Shown here: positions 28,487-38,926 of the stretch, piece after piece
How the letters are laid out: every line of letters starts with the position of its first letter
How positions within the stretch are numbered: the stretch's first letter is position 1
Sequence record: NC_042136.1
Reading direction: 5' to 3' (one strand)
DNA: 64,000 bases
The notes under the pieces: generated by a model
What the model was told of the DNA's origin: nothing
The model's database searches: none
What the model saw: the letters and a program-made list of their open reading frames with translations, nothing else
Made by a program: the position numbers and the translations under genes

Positions 28487-28894
28487 GTGATTTACAACAT
28501 TGGTCAAGAAGACCTAATCAGTTTCCGTATCGTGGAGTCTGGTTTAATGAACAGTGGTTTCGAGGGAGTAACTTACCAAGGGACTGTTGGACATGCGGTG
28601 GCAGTAATGGTGTCGCAAGACATCAATATCAAACACCAAAACCTTCGCACTTATTTCAAGTCAGCGTACCCCGATGCGATTAATCCTACCGACTACCAAT
28701 ACATCTTGGTTCGTCACCCTAACGGCATCGTAGAAGCCATTGGTGAACCTTGGATTGTTAAGAACTCACTTAAAGTCGTGAACACTCAATCTAAAGTCAT
28801 CACCATTAGTAACTGGTCAGAATGGTTCGGTGAACCTATCAAAGATTTGTTGGCTTCACTTGGTGCTAACTACACCATCACCGACAAAGAATAA
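28487..28894 (+). CDS. Hypothetical protein upstream of the DNA polymerase, 135 aa
   Basis: AGGAG RBS; beta-rich; similar genes are recalled at this position in phiKZ-like phages; terminator follows. Confidence 0.7.
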   Translation: MIYNIGQEDLISFRIVESGLMNSGFEGVTYQGTVGHAVAVMVSQDINIKHQNLRTYFKSAYPDAINPTDYQYILVRHPNGIVEAIGEPWIVKNSLKVVNTQSKVITISNWSEWFGEPIKDLLASLGANYTITDKE

Positions 28895-28958
28895 ATCCCT
28901 ACCCTACCCGTAATGGGTAGGGTAGTTTACCGCTTTCTTATTTTTTTGGAGATTTGTC

Positions 28959-29399
28959 ATGTGTGAATGTAACCCATCAGAAGAACTGGTTTTCAACGAA
29001 GAACAGAAAAATGTATGGCAAAAAGCTTACCCGTTAATCACCATGGAAGGATACCAAGGTCCCTTTGCTTATTTGGATCTAACGTTAACTTGGTTTTGTC
29101 CACGTTGTTGTGATTTGTCTAAACCGTTATTACTTAACCGAGAAAAAACTGTCCTTTATTGTGACAGTCATCCTCATACATGTGAATACACTTATGCTAA
29201 TTTCGAAACACGTAAAGCCAAACGGACCTTTTTGAGCTCACAATACCGTTTGCCGTTGTCCTTAGAAGAATGCCGAGATAATGTGTTAAAACGCCTTGAA
29301 CTTGATGTGTTAGGAATGAAACAACAACGTGACCGTTTAGGAACCCGTATCGAAGAAAAACAAGAACATATTATACAGCTAAAAAATACTTGGAAGTAA
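28959..29399 (+). CDS. Hypothetical Cys-rich (putative Zn-binding) coiled-coil protein, 146 aa
   Basis: GGAG RBS; CPRCC and CDSHPHTC motifs; C-terminal heptad pattern. Confidence 0.6.
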   Translation: MCECNPSEELVFNEEQKNVWQKAYPLITMEGYQGPFAYLDLTLTWFCPRCCDLSKPLLLNREKTVLYCDSHPHTCEYTYANFETRKAKRTFLSSQYRLPLSLEECRDNVLKRLELDVLGMKQQRDRLGTRIEEKQEHIIQLKNTWK

Positions 29400-29458
29400 T
29401 CCTTAACTCCAAGGTGAATGATTTAGCATAAATTACAATTTTACTTTGGAGTGATACA

Positions 29459-31531
29459 ATGATTCAACCAATGTTGTCTCCGTTTGTCGATCCTGACTAT
29501 CATTCTGATAGAAACATCGTTAAACATTACCATCACCAAATGGTAAACTACGTTCAGAAACGTTTTAATGTAACCGAGGAACAAGCTAAAAAGGTTATAC
29601 TAAAGAACTTCCGACCTAATAACGGTACTTACGAAGATCGTAAGTTTAAAGTCTTAGAGAAAAACAAATATGGCGATCGTGAACTTAAAATCATGAAAGC
29701 CACTCAATTCTTCGAGAACGTTCATAGCAACAACTACCATTTAAGTCCGTCCATGGTAGGATATAAAAACTCAGAAGAAGAACAATCCGTTAACTCCATC
29801 GGTACAGAACGATTCTTAACTTTGCGTAAGCTCTATAAAGGGAAACGGCAAGAAGCGAAAGGTTCTGGGGATAAGTGGGCTGAGAAAACTTTTGACGTTA
29901 TCCAAAACGCCCTAAAAATCTTTAACAACGCTCAGTCTGGTGCGATGTCTTCTAACGGGACACCATTAGTGAATAAATCCGGTCATACGACGTTGACTTC
30001 TACATGTCGTGGCTTAACGTCAACTGCTAATATTTGTAACGAGAAACTGCTAGCAGGTAACCGACTCTACAACACTTTTGAAAACACCTTACAAAACATC
30101 ATCTCAACGGTGCAATACACCGACCTAGAGAAAATGCAAAGTGTGATGGATAAGTTAGGGATGCGACACGCCACTGTAGATGAAGTCATGAACATGATAC
30201 GTCACTCTACTGGTCGTTACTGGCGTAATGCGTCTAGAATGAAAATCATCGAAGAAATGGTCAATGTGTTTAAACCAGTCGAACTCACCGCGTTGTTGTG
30301 TGTGATGGACTTAGAAGGTTTACGTGTGACCAACAATAAAGTGTTGTACGAATTCCTAGATGATTTTTCTAAAGTTCCTGAAATCCCAGAAGGGGCTAAA
30401 GCGGAGGATTACCCAAAACCTGACAACGGTGACCGTTACGTACTGTGTGTGTCTAAGATCGTCGGCAAACCTTCTCAACTGCAACTCAACCATTTGAACT
30501 CATGGCATTTAGAATGTGAGATGAAATGGAAAGAGTTCATCGAAGTGTTCTTGAAACAAGAGATCCCACCGTCTGGTGTGTACAACATCAAAGACATGAT
30601 TCGCGAAGTAGTATTGACGTCGGATACCGACTCATCAATCTACACCGTGGATACCGTTGTTGACCAGTACACCAAAGACCGTGCTACATCTCTTCGTACT
30701 AACGGTGTATTGACTTATTTCGTTCGTATGATAGCGGTTCACCAACATGCTCAGTTCTCTGAGAACATGAACGTGGCGAAACGATTCCGTTACCGTTTGA
30801 ACATGAAGAACGAGTATTTGTTCGGAGCTTATGTAACGACGACGATGTCTAAACACTACTATGCAACACAGCTCATGGTGGAAGGTGTGATGAACAAAGA
30901 AGTCGAGATGGAGATCAAAGGGGTACACCTACGGTCTGCTAAGATTGCGGCGAACATCAAAGCTTTTGCTCATGGTCTAATGCGGGAAGTGTTAGATGCC
31001 ATCCACGAACACCGTCAATTGGACGCAGCGGATATTTTGTTCCGAGCCGCCGAGTTAGAACGTGAAATCATTCGTGATGTGGAAGATGGTAAATGGGTCT
31101 GGTTAACTAAGTCCACGATTAAGGATGGTGAAATTTACGCGAATCCAGAATCGTCTGTTTTCCAATACCATGTGCTATGGGAAAGGTTATTTGCTAAGAA
31201 ATACGGACATGCACCGGAGTTACCTTATACTGCGATTAAGGTAAACGCGAAAACCCTGAACCGCGCCACCATTAAAGAGTGGGTGGATGGATTAGAACCA
31301 GAGATGAAGAAAGCAGCCGAGTCTCACTTAGGTGACACCACGAAGCTAACGACCATCTATGTTCCAGAAGAATGTTTGGGTGAATCAGGGATACCTAAAG
31401 AAGTGATTCAAGCAGCGGACATTCGTTCTATCATCAAACAGAACTTGAAATGTGTGTACGCGGTATTGGAGTCTTTAGGTCTCTTTATCGTAAACCAAAA
31501 AATAACTCGCATTATCAGTGACGAGCATTAA
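29459..31531 (+). CDS. Family B DNA polymerase, motif B/C subunit (phiKZ gp50-like)
   Basis: LKIFNNAQSG (motif B), TSDTDS (motif C), KHYY and IKGV motifs; no exonuclease domain or motif A. Confidence 0.85.
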   Translation: MIQPMLSPFVDPDYHSDRNIVKHYHHQMVNYVQKRFNVTEEQAKKVILKNFRPNNGTYEDRKFKVLEKNKYGDRELKIMKATQFFENVHSNNYHLSPSMVGYKNSEEEQSVNSIGTERFLTLRKLYKGKRQEAKGSGDKWAEKTFDVIQNALKIFNNAQSGAMSSNGTPLVNKSGHTTLTSTCRGLTSTANICNEKLLAGNRLYNTFENTLQNIISTVQYTDLEKMQSVMDKLGMRHATVDEVMNMIRHSTGRYWRNASRMKIIEEMVNVFKPVELTALLCVMDLEGLRVTNNKVLYEFLDDFSKVPEIPEGAKAEDYPKPDNGDRYVLCVSKIVGKPSQLQLNHLNSWHLECEMKWKEFIEVFLKQEIPPSGVYNIKDMIREVVLTSDTDSSIYTVDTVVDQYTKDRATSLRTNGVLTYFVRMIAVHQHAQFSENMNVAKRFRYRLNMKNEYLFGAYVTTTMSKHYYATQLMVEGVMNKEVEMEIKGVHLRSAKIAANIKAFAHGLMREVLDAIHEHRQLDAADILFRAAELEREIIRDVEDGKWVWLTKSTIKDGEIYANPESSVFQYHVLWERLFAKKYGHAPELPYTAIKVNAKTLNRATIKEWVDGLEPEMKKAAESHLGDTTKLTTIYVPEECLGESGIPKEVIQAADIRSIIKQNLKCVYAVLESLGLFIVNQKITRIISDEH

Positions 31532-31533
31532 TA

Positions 31534-31562
31534 ATCCCGTGGGGCTTTCACCCCACGGGACT
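31534..31562. terminator. Bidirectional terminator
   Basis: TCCCGTGGGG-CTTTCA-CCCCACGGGA between convergent genes. Confidence 0.7.
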
Positions 31563-31565
31563 ACC

Positions 31566-32672
31566 TTAATGTTTTACACTTTTTTCAAGTTCTTCTCGTA
31601 AACCCAAATAGCGTTTAATTAAACTCGGGTTACGGATATTACTCGTTGCTAGTTTAGCATCTTGCAGTAACCAACGTTCCACATTACTTTTCATTACCCC
31701 GTTAGTGTTTCGGGTTAGTTTGTTGTAATTAAGGTGCGTGGTTAAAGCTTTCATGTACGCGAAGTTCCAAACCCAGCGAGATCTTAGGTACAAGGCATAA
31801 CGTCCGGGATTCATCCATTGAGTTGGATTGTGTTCCACCAAAGGCAAGCTATCTAGCTTCTGTAAACATCCTAGGAAGTGTTCTAAATTACGTACAGGGT
31901 TTTTGCTTAATAAAGTATGCAAATCTTTTACGTGACGTTTTAGGAGTGTTTCTACAGGGTTAATAGCGAACGTAGTACGCGGGACACTCACCAGTGACTC
32001 TGGCGCAACACCGGTTAACATCCCTTGGTATAACGCATTCATTACCACTAAACGATTACCCAATATTTGAGCGTTCATCAAAGGATACGGGAGCCATGTT
32101 TCTGGTTTAGGATCAAAGCCGTATATTTGAGCGTCTCTTAAATAACGCCAGTAAGCGACGGCTAATGCCATTAAGTCAACACCGATGATGGCTAACTTAG
32201 TGGGTTTATTATCGAGTGGTTTATCACCGACTGGTCTAAAATCCAACTGGGTGGACTCAGTATAGACTGGAATAAATGGACAGAGTTTTTTCTCATCCAT
32301 GTTAAGATATTCAGTAAAGTCACACTGAGGCGGTAATGATATTAGAAGCTCAGAAAAGTCTTCTTTGTATAAGACGCTTCGCTGCAATTTGCCTGAGTTA
32401 TAAACTCCAACTAAACCACCGTTGCTTGCCCAGCGTTCTGTTTTAAAGTCTATAACGTTGTGTAGTTCTTCTTCGGTCCAACTCGGATCGATCTGCATGA
32501 ACTCCAACAAAGCGACTAACGGATGCTCGTGAGGAACACGGTACGTCGTATTTAATACCCGTTGTTCGAGTTGTTCTTGGTTGAACTTACAAACCCGTTT
32601 TAAGTTACTCACATTACTATAACTGTAAACTGCATTTGTAATAGAGTTCAACCCAGTATATAGTGTTTGCAT
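31566..32672 (-). CDS. Conserved phiKZ-like core protein between polymerase and chimallin, 368 aa
   Basis: Long ORF; synteny with the phiKZ gp50-gp54 interval. Confidence 0.65.
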   Translation of the reverse strand: MQTLYTGLNSITNAVYSYSNVSNLKRVCKFNQEQLEQRVLNTTYRVPHEHPLVALLEFMQIDPSWTEEELHNVIDFKTERWASNGGLVGVYNSGKLQRSVLYKEDFSELLISLPPQCDFTEYLNMDEKKLCPFIPVYTESTQLDFRPVGDKPLDNKPTKLAIIGVDLMALAVAYWRYLRDAQIYGFDPKPETWLPYPLMNAQILGNRLVVMNALYQGMLTGVAPESLVSVPRTTFAINPVETLLKRHVKDLHTLLSKNPVRNLEHFLGCLQKLDSLPLVEHNPTQWMNPGRYALYLRSRWVWNFAYMKALTTHLNYNKLTRNTNGVMKSNVERWLLQDAKLATSNIRNPSLIKRYLGLREELEKSVKH

Positions 32673-32800
32673 AAACTGGTTACCATTCTATGTAAATAAA
32701 AAACTTTCTCCGACCGTAAGGTTGGGGTGACGAGGACTAGTATTGGAATATTTTTGACATAAAATCGAGGATTTACCTGAGTCCTAAAATATTTCAGTCC

Positions 32801-32816
32801 TATATAACTTAGGTGT
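32801..32816 (+). promoter_or_regulatory. Early promoter motif of chmA
   Basis: TATATAAC-tta-GGTGT. Confidence 0.7.
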
Positions 32817-32887
32817 TAAGCAATGGATATAAATCCAAAACTTAATGTTTAATAACGTTATTGAATATTAATTCGTAAGGATCACTT

Positions 32888-34996
32888 ATGGCGATCGGCG
32901 GTAAAGACGATTGGGAAAAAGTAATTGAAGAAAATGAACGTAATACTAGTGACGTTCCATCTCAAGAACCTATCCCAGAACAACCAATTGTAAAACAACC
33001 AACCACATCTCAAACTGCACAACAAGGAGCAGAAAAAATGTCTCAAGCAAATAAAACACAATCTCTACTAGACTTCGCATCAGTTCTTGGTATGAACTCT
33101 GTAATGTCTGGCGGTCGTTCAGTTCCTGTTGTGAACGAAGTAATGAAAGCTTTGAACGACTTTAAAGAAGAGAAAGGTAAATCTTCTCTAGCACCTGCAC
33201 TACAAGCCATCATCCCTCAAGAAGTTATTTCTATGGATGCTAACTTGTCTCCAGTGCTACCGGGCATCATCCTAGCGCGCCGTGTTGGTACTTCAATGAT
33301 CATCGCTCCTATCATGTTCTCTAACCGTGAACTAGCGATTCAACTTGAAGAGATCCACACTAACGGTCTAATGGGTCAAAACACTCCAAGCAAAGTTCAG
33401 ATCAAACAAGCACCTAACCGTTACATGGATAGCAACGTTATCCGTAACATCATGGACTCGATCAAACTTCGCTACGCTGCGGATGGTGTTAACGATGTTC
33501 AACTGATCACTTCTCGCGTAATCAACTTGGAAGATTACCAAACTCCAGAAAACAAAGAAGCAGGTCTACCTCAGTTGCTTACTGGTGTCATCCTAGATGA
33601 GTGGGAACGTGGTATGAAGATCACACTAACCAAAGCAATGGTTAAAGCGCAACACGATCTGAAAACTCCGTTCATTGACTCTAAAGGTCAAATCGATAAA
33701 AACGCTTACGGTCCAACTAAGTCTGCTACAGCGCGTATCGAATCAGTGAAAACTCAAAGCGGTGCACCTCTAACTATCGATGGTGTTCCATGTTCAGCGA
33801 ACATGACCGTTCAGCTTCAAACTGCGCCAAAAGAAGGTCAACACCTAAATTCAGATGCCGCTCGTGGTATCGTAACAGCTTACTCTACTGTACAGCTTAT
33901 CGGTGTACCTTTCGCAGTTTACACAGCGAACCTAATGTCTCGTCCACAACAAATGGCGTTCAACCCAATGATGAATGCTGGTGTTGACGCGTACCCTCAC
34001 GGTTACCACCCACTACAAGCAGTTGTTGTAATGAACACTGCACGTGCACAAGCACAAATGGGTAACAACTCTGGTATCGCTTCATTCCTAATGGGTCTGT
34101 ACGCGAACATGACGGTTAACCACAACCACTTGTTCACTGAGCCACTACGTCTAATGTCTAACGGTGCTCGCGGTAACTTGTCTCACATTGAACGTCGTAT
34201 CGATGACATGATCATGGGTGCACTTCCAAAACGTGATGACAAAACTAAGATCACTGAAGCTCGTCTAAAAGACATGGACTTCACTTCAAGCTGGATCCGT
34301 CGTAACATTGCACCACATGCATCTTACGCGATCGACCTAGCAGAGTTCGGTAACGAAGCAGCCCTAGGCAACTTCCTACTTAACCTAGCAGGTAAAACCA
34401 ACAATGCTTCTGAGAACAAGATGACAGTAGTTCGTGTTCTTGATGCCATCACAGATGGTGAAGCAACTCGTCGCATCAACGAAAACCGTCAAGCTGGTAA
34501 AGGTTGGACTATGGACAAAGATATCCTTTGTGCATCTTCTATCATCCTACCAGTAGGTACATTCAAACACAACGGCCAACTACACTCGTTGGAAGAAGTG
34601 GATGAAATGTTCCTAAGCCGTCTGTGCCCAACTGATTCAACTCCAATGATTCAGTACCTAGGCGCTATCTACGGTGACAACGGTCAAACTCCAGAAGCAG
34701 TGCGTCGTTACAAAATGACTACTATGCTTCCTACTTTGATCAACGATGATGTGAACATCACTGGTACAGCTCGTCGTCACTACGTGTCTCCTGAGTTCGC
34801 TGAGTTCCTAGGTCTATGTCTAGACAAACTAGGTAACTTGAACGCTTCTGGTACTATGGGTACGTTCGCTTCTAACGTTGCGATCTACGCTCCATCAGTT
34901 GAGTTCGCAGTAATGGCAGCAGCAGGTGCTTCTGGTGCTTACATGGCTACTAACGGCGGCTTGATGGGTAACGCTTCTGGTGTTACTTACGCTTAA
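32888..34996 (+). CDS. chmA: Chimallin (major phage nuclear shell protein)
   Basis: Directly upstream of nvRNAP beta'; blocks ASYAIDLAEFGNEAAL, IILPVGTF and VNITGTARRHYVSPEF align by eye with recalled 201phi2-1 gp105 segments; disordered N-tail, Gly/Ala-rich C-tail; highly expressed codon usage. Confidence 0.85.
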   Translation: MAIGGKDDWEKVIEENERNTSDVPSQEPIPEQPIVKQPTTSQTAQQGAEKMSQANKTQSLLDFASVLGMNSVMSGGRSVPVVNEVMKALNDFKEEKGKSSLAPALQAIIPQEVISMDANLSPVLPGIILARRVGTSMIIAPIMFSNRELAIQLEEIHTNGLMGQNTPSKVQIKQAPNRYMDSNVIRNIMDSIKLRYAADGVNDVQLITSRVINLEDYQTPENKEAGLPQLLTGVILDEWERGMKITLTKAMVKAQHDLKTPFIDSKGQIDKNAYGPTKSATARIESVKTQSGAPLTIDGVPCSANMTVQLQTAPKEGQHLNSDAARGIVTAYSTVQLIGVPFAVYTANLMSRPQQMAFNPMMNAGVDAYPHGYHPLQAVVVMNTARAQAQMGNNSGIASFLMGLYANMTVNHNHLFTEPLRLMSNGARGNLSHIERRIDDMIMGALPKRDDKTKITEARLKDMDFTSSWIRRNIAPHASYAIDLAEFGNEAALGNFLLNLAGKTNNASENKMTVVRVLDAITDGEATRRINENRQAGKGWTMDKDILCASSIILPVGTFKHNGQLHSLEEVDEMFLSRLCPTDSTPMIQYLGAIYGDNGQTPEAVRRYKMTTMLPTLINDDVNITGTARRHYVSPEFAEFLGLCLDKLGNLNASGTMGTFASNVAIYAPSVEFAVMAAAGASGAYMATNGGLMGNASGVTYA

Positions 34997-35088
34997 GCAA
35001 CTTTACGTTGTGAGTTCTAAGGGTGGAGGGCGAAAGTCCTCCACTCCTTTTTATCGTTTTATAATTTTTTGTCAATAAAGGAGATCCT

Positions 35089-37079
35089 GTGATGTCACAC
35101 GTTACCGACGATATTGCAGTAAACGTATTAGCTGGAGAATCATTTGAAGATCTATTGCCTATTAAGCAATTTGAACGATACCAACAACAACTTGGCTATC
35201 GCATAACTGATGACCAGTCTTACTATGCTCCTCTTTATCCTGCGTTTCGTAATTACGATTTCGCGCATGATACGTCTAAGTCTCAACCTATTTACTTGAA
35301 CGACTTTGATTTCTGTTTAGAAGAAGACCGAGAGCGATTAGAAAAACTAATACGTGTGGACTTTGATACGGATACTTTTGAAACGACCGCATCGTGTGGT
35401 TGTGAAAAACCGTTGAAGGGCAACCACCTAATTGGTTCTGGTCGTGTGTGTAAGAACTGTGGTAACCAAGTAGAACGTTTGGTCGACACCGAACTAACTA
35501 CAAAAGTCTGGCTACGCTTACCCACCGGTGTTCATTCTTTCATTAACCCGGCGTTCTATCGCACATTCTTGCAAAAGATAGCGACAGCGTCACCTAAGAT
35601 AGAAATCATTACGTACATCATTGATCCTTCTTATCGTCGTAAAATAAACTCACAAAGCTCAGAGAAACTCCGAGAGCTCCAAAGTCATCTACGTTTGTTA
35701 TTAAACAAATTAGACTTGAATGAATTCGTTGTACACGCGGATACCATCATGGAGCATTTCTTATTAGGGGAAGGTCGTAAGATCACCGCTCTTAAGAACT
35801 CGGATGCCAAAGAGATCATGTGTGGGTTCATTGACTTTAAAGATGAAGTGTTCACCAAGTATCTACCAGTTCCTAATAAGCTCTCCACGGTTATTGAGAA
35901 ATCAGGTAAAGAACGTTATGCGTCTTCTAGTCAGCTTAAAATGGATTCAACGTATATGTCCATTGCTGATACGAAAGACACTACCGATCTTTATACGGTG
36001 AATGAGTTTGATATCAGTGCTAGCATTGATCGTGTTGGTAAAGGTATCGTCGCCTTATCTCAACAAAACGCTGCACAAATGAAAGACTTCTTATTCCCTA
36101 AACCGGGAGCAGCACGTAAGCTGGTAGCCTCTGGTTCATTGCCACTGACAGGACGTTCAGTTATTACGTCTAAAACCGGTATCCATAACCCGGGAATGAT
36201 TGAAGTTCCTTGGATTATGGCACTGGCTCAATTAGAGAAACACATTTTATCTCATTTATATCGTAAGGGATACAGTCCGACGGCAGCCTTAGAAAAGATT
36301 TCTAAAGCAGCTCATTATTTGGATCCTGACATCGATGCGTTCTTTGCTTATCATGAAGAACGAAATGACATTGTGTGTAAATCTGGTCGTATGCCATCCA
36401 TCCAGTATCTCTCTCGCCGGACGTTCTTCGCCCGCATTAAACGAGATCTGGGAGACCAATCTATAGGACTTCCAATACTGTCAGTAGGTCCTTTTAATGC
36501 TGACTTCGACGGTGAATATTTGCCGTCTTTAAACTTCTTTAATTGCTGGAACTCCGTAAAGCTCTATTTACTACAATAGTTGAGTGATCGACTATGAATG
36601 TGGACGAAAGTCAGAAATAAAAATAGAGATGTCCTATGCTTAATATCCTTATCTGGGATTAGATGAGGTGCTAAGGGATGTGTAATCGGAAATCAGCAGC
36701 GAAGACTCTCACGTAGAGTAACGTTCAACGACTAGGTGGGGAGAAGTCTCCTCGAACAGGAAGAGTGGAATCAAGGAATGATGAAGCTAAGATATAGTCT
36801 CGCCCGGTGTGAAAGTATCGGAAGTCACCATTTGGGAGGTGACTGGCGGATTAACGACCCGCTTTAAAAAGCACTAGCAATAGTGTAACAATGTGTGCGG
36901 ACCAGATGGTCCTATTCTTCCTGCCTGATCTAAGATCTAAGGCAGTTAGTTATGGGGCATTCGGTCACCAGTCAGTATTTGATGAAAATAAACCATTCAC
37001 CATTAGTCGACACTATAAACAACCGTCGACCAACTTGATGAATATCAACAACGTAATGCGTAAACTGGAGTTCAAGTAA
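35089..37079 (+). CDS. Non-virion RNAP beta' N-terminal subunit (phiKZ gp55-56.1-like), spliced: exon 1 35089-36513, exon 2 36900-37079, 534 aa
   Basis: Zn-finger CGC...CKNCG, TGRSVI and RMPS motifs; splicing restores the catalytic FNADFDG|DQM motif in frame. Confidence 0.9.
36514..36899 (+). mobile_element. Group I self-splicing intron without an ORF, 386 nt
   Basis: P1 GACGGT/GCCGTC with U-G at the 5' splice site; P AATTGCTGGAA (36541), Q AATCAGCAGC (36691), R GTTCAACGACTA (36723), S AAGATATAGTCT (36789); terminal G at 36899. Confidence 0.92.
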
Positions 37080-37730
37080 ATGAATATTTGTCGAGCATTC
37101 TCCATGGGTACTGCCGGAGTGGTACACGACAATCAAATGCAGTCTTATGCGAACATGATTCAGATGAACTATAGTCAAATCCAAGGTGTTGGGGGATGGC
37201 TAGCAGATGGTGCTTCTGATTTCATGAGTACCTTTAACAACTTTGTGAGTTCTCGTGCTTGGGATTTAGCGAGTAAAATACGAGGTCAGCAAGAAACAAC
37301 GATCGGTTATTATGATATCGGTCGAGCGACCTCAGTAGAAGCTCTACAAGCGTCTCAGGGCTTTATGCGAGATTACATTATGGCTATGCCGGGTGTAATG
37401 GAACTTTACGAACAAGGCGAGTTCAGTGGCTGGGAAGGACACATCAGTGATTGGTGTACAGGCGTAGGTGAAGACAACATCTACTACCGTCGTCAAATGC
37501 ACGGTGTGTTACAACTAGACACGGTCGATGATGTTCATACCGCGCGTACAAAACACTACTATGACTCCGTAGCGGGTACTGGATTAAGTGTGCGTGAACG
37601 ATTTGATCTAGCGGCGACTCGCCAAGCAACGAACCACTACCTAGCGAACAGTCTATTCGACATTACTAGTGGAGAAGGTAAATTGCGTAAATCTGCTCAA
37701 GAAGAGTTGGAACAAAAAGAAGGGGAGTAA
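37080..37730 (+). CDS. Conserved hypothetical core protein, 216 aa
   Basis: ATG directly follows the stop of RNAP exon 2. Confidence 0.75.
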   Translation: MNICRAFSMGTAGVVHDNQMQSYANMIQMNYSQIQGVGGWLADGASDFMSTFNNFVSSRAWDLASKIRGQQETTIGYYDIGRATSVEALQASQGFMRDYIMAMPGVMELYEQGEFSGWEGHISDWCTGVGEDNIYYRRQMHGVLQLDTVDDVHTARTKHYYDSVAGTGLSVRERFDLAATRQATNHYLANSLFDITSGEGKLRKSAQEELEQKEGE

Positions 37731-37757
37731 TCCCCTTTTATTTTTAAAGGTAAAAGC

Positions 37758-38231
37758 ATGTCTCATTTAAACATCGTGAAACACCGTCGTATGGTTATCT
37801 TTAAGAAAAAGGATATCACCTTAGGTGTTATTAAACTCCTCCGTTCCCTAAAGAAGCGTCCTGAAAAGAAGCGTTTCTTATTAGTAGAATACGGTCGTCC
37901 TATCCACGATCATATCACGCCTAAATACGCCGTATTAAAACTCAAGTGTTTTGAGTACGACGATGAAGGTAATTTGACCGCATCAGTAACTGCCGCGGAT
38001 TCCCACAACCCAACCGTAAACCTAGGTAATGGTAAAGTCAGCCTCGGTCAACTGTTACTCAGTTCAGAAAAACCAACCTTCTCGTTTGTAAGTGAAATGG
38101 TTAAGCGCCCAGTGCAAAAGGACGGTCAACCAGTGATCGATGAAAAGGGTCGACAACAGTTCTTCAATAATTGTTTGATCTATGTAGAGCCGGAACAAAA
38201 ACCAATTTTATCAGTAAGTTCACAGTCGTAA
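37758..38231 (+). CDS. Hypothetical basic protein, 157 aa
   Basis: AAGG RBS. Confidence 0.65.
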   Translation: MSHLNIVKHRRMVIFKKKDITLGVIKLLRSLKKRPEKKRFLLVEYGRPIHDHITPKYAVLKLKCFEYDDEGNLTASVTAADSHNPTVNLGNGKVSLGQLLLSSEKPTFSFVSEMVKRPVQKDGQPVIDEKGRQQFFNNCLIYVEPEQKPILSVSSQS

Positions 38232-38256
38232 ATTGACATGGAGTTTATTTCAAACC

Positions 38257-38272
38257 TATATAGTTAAGGTGT
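38257..38272 (+). promoter_or_regulatory. Early promoter motif
   Basis: TATATAGT-taa-GGTGT. Confidence 0.7.
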
Positions 38273-38306
38273 AAAGTAATATACTTAAACTTATTAGGAG
38301 TTCCCC

Positions 38307-38441
38307 ATGAAAGATTACGTAAACGCAAAAACTGAAAGCGAAACTAAATCAACTAAAGTAGCTTGGTACCGTACTAATGGTGCGATCTGTTCACTGATGT
38401 TATTTAGTTTATACGTAGCTGTTCAATACGGCAATTGGTAA
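38307..38441 (+). CDS. Small early protein with hydrophobic C-terminal segment, 44 aa (not in ORF track)
   Basis: Own promoter, AGGAG RBS, MKDYVNAKTESETKSTKVAWYRTNGAICSLMLFSLYVAVQYGNW, followed by a TTCG-loop hairpin. Confidence 0.75.
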   Translation: MKDYVNAKTESETKSTKVAWYRTNGAICSLMLFSLYVAVQYGNW

Positions 38442-38500
38442 TAACTTCCCCTACCTTCGGGTAGGGGATCCCTAACTATCCTTATTTTTTTGGAGTTTTT

Positions 38501-38926
38501 ATGGGTAAAGAGTTTGTTGTCGGTACGATGTCCACACTAGGACAAATCACTGAGTCCCCCGAACTCGCTATGGACCGACACATCGCTTATTGGTTTGCCG
38601 CTCGTCGTAGCCAAGGTATGACCATTGGTGAGACCAGTTCTTTTGAGTGGGTGTTAATGAAAGCCCAAGGTTCACAACAACGTGTCGTTGATGATGTACG
38701 TGAATCTTTGAAGTTATACTTTGAAGAACTTTTTGAAAAAGTAGAAGTGTCAGCAGAAGCCGAGGGTTTTGATAACGATCGTGATGGTCGTTTCCATTTG
38801 TATATTCAAGTTTCCGCCATGTATAATCAACGATGGTATGATCTCGGTCACGCCGTTTCAGTATCAGGGCAATCCTTCCAACTTATCAACCAAGGACGTC
38901 TCAATGCAAAAGCAAGACAAAACTAA
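38501..38926 (+). CDS. Conserved hypothetical protein, 141 aa
   Basis: GGAG RBS; first gene of the SbcD operon. Confidence 0.7.
   Translation: MGKEFVVGTMSTLGQITESPELAMDRHIAYWFAARRSQGMTIGETSSFEWVLMKAQGSQQRVVDDVRESLKLYFEELFEKVEVSAEAEGFDNDRDGRFHLYIQVSAMYNQRWYDLGHAVSVSGQSFQLINQGRLNAKARQN

Noticed and set aside
36514-36579. C-terminal EYLPSLNFFNCWNSVKLYLLQ of the 496-aa ORF and the separate 62-aa ORF starting at 36891
   Set aside because: Both are artefacts of reading into the group I intron; splicing gives one 534-aa subunit
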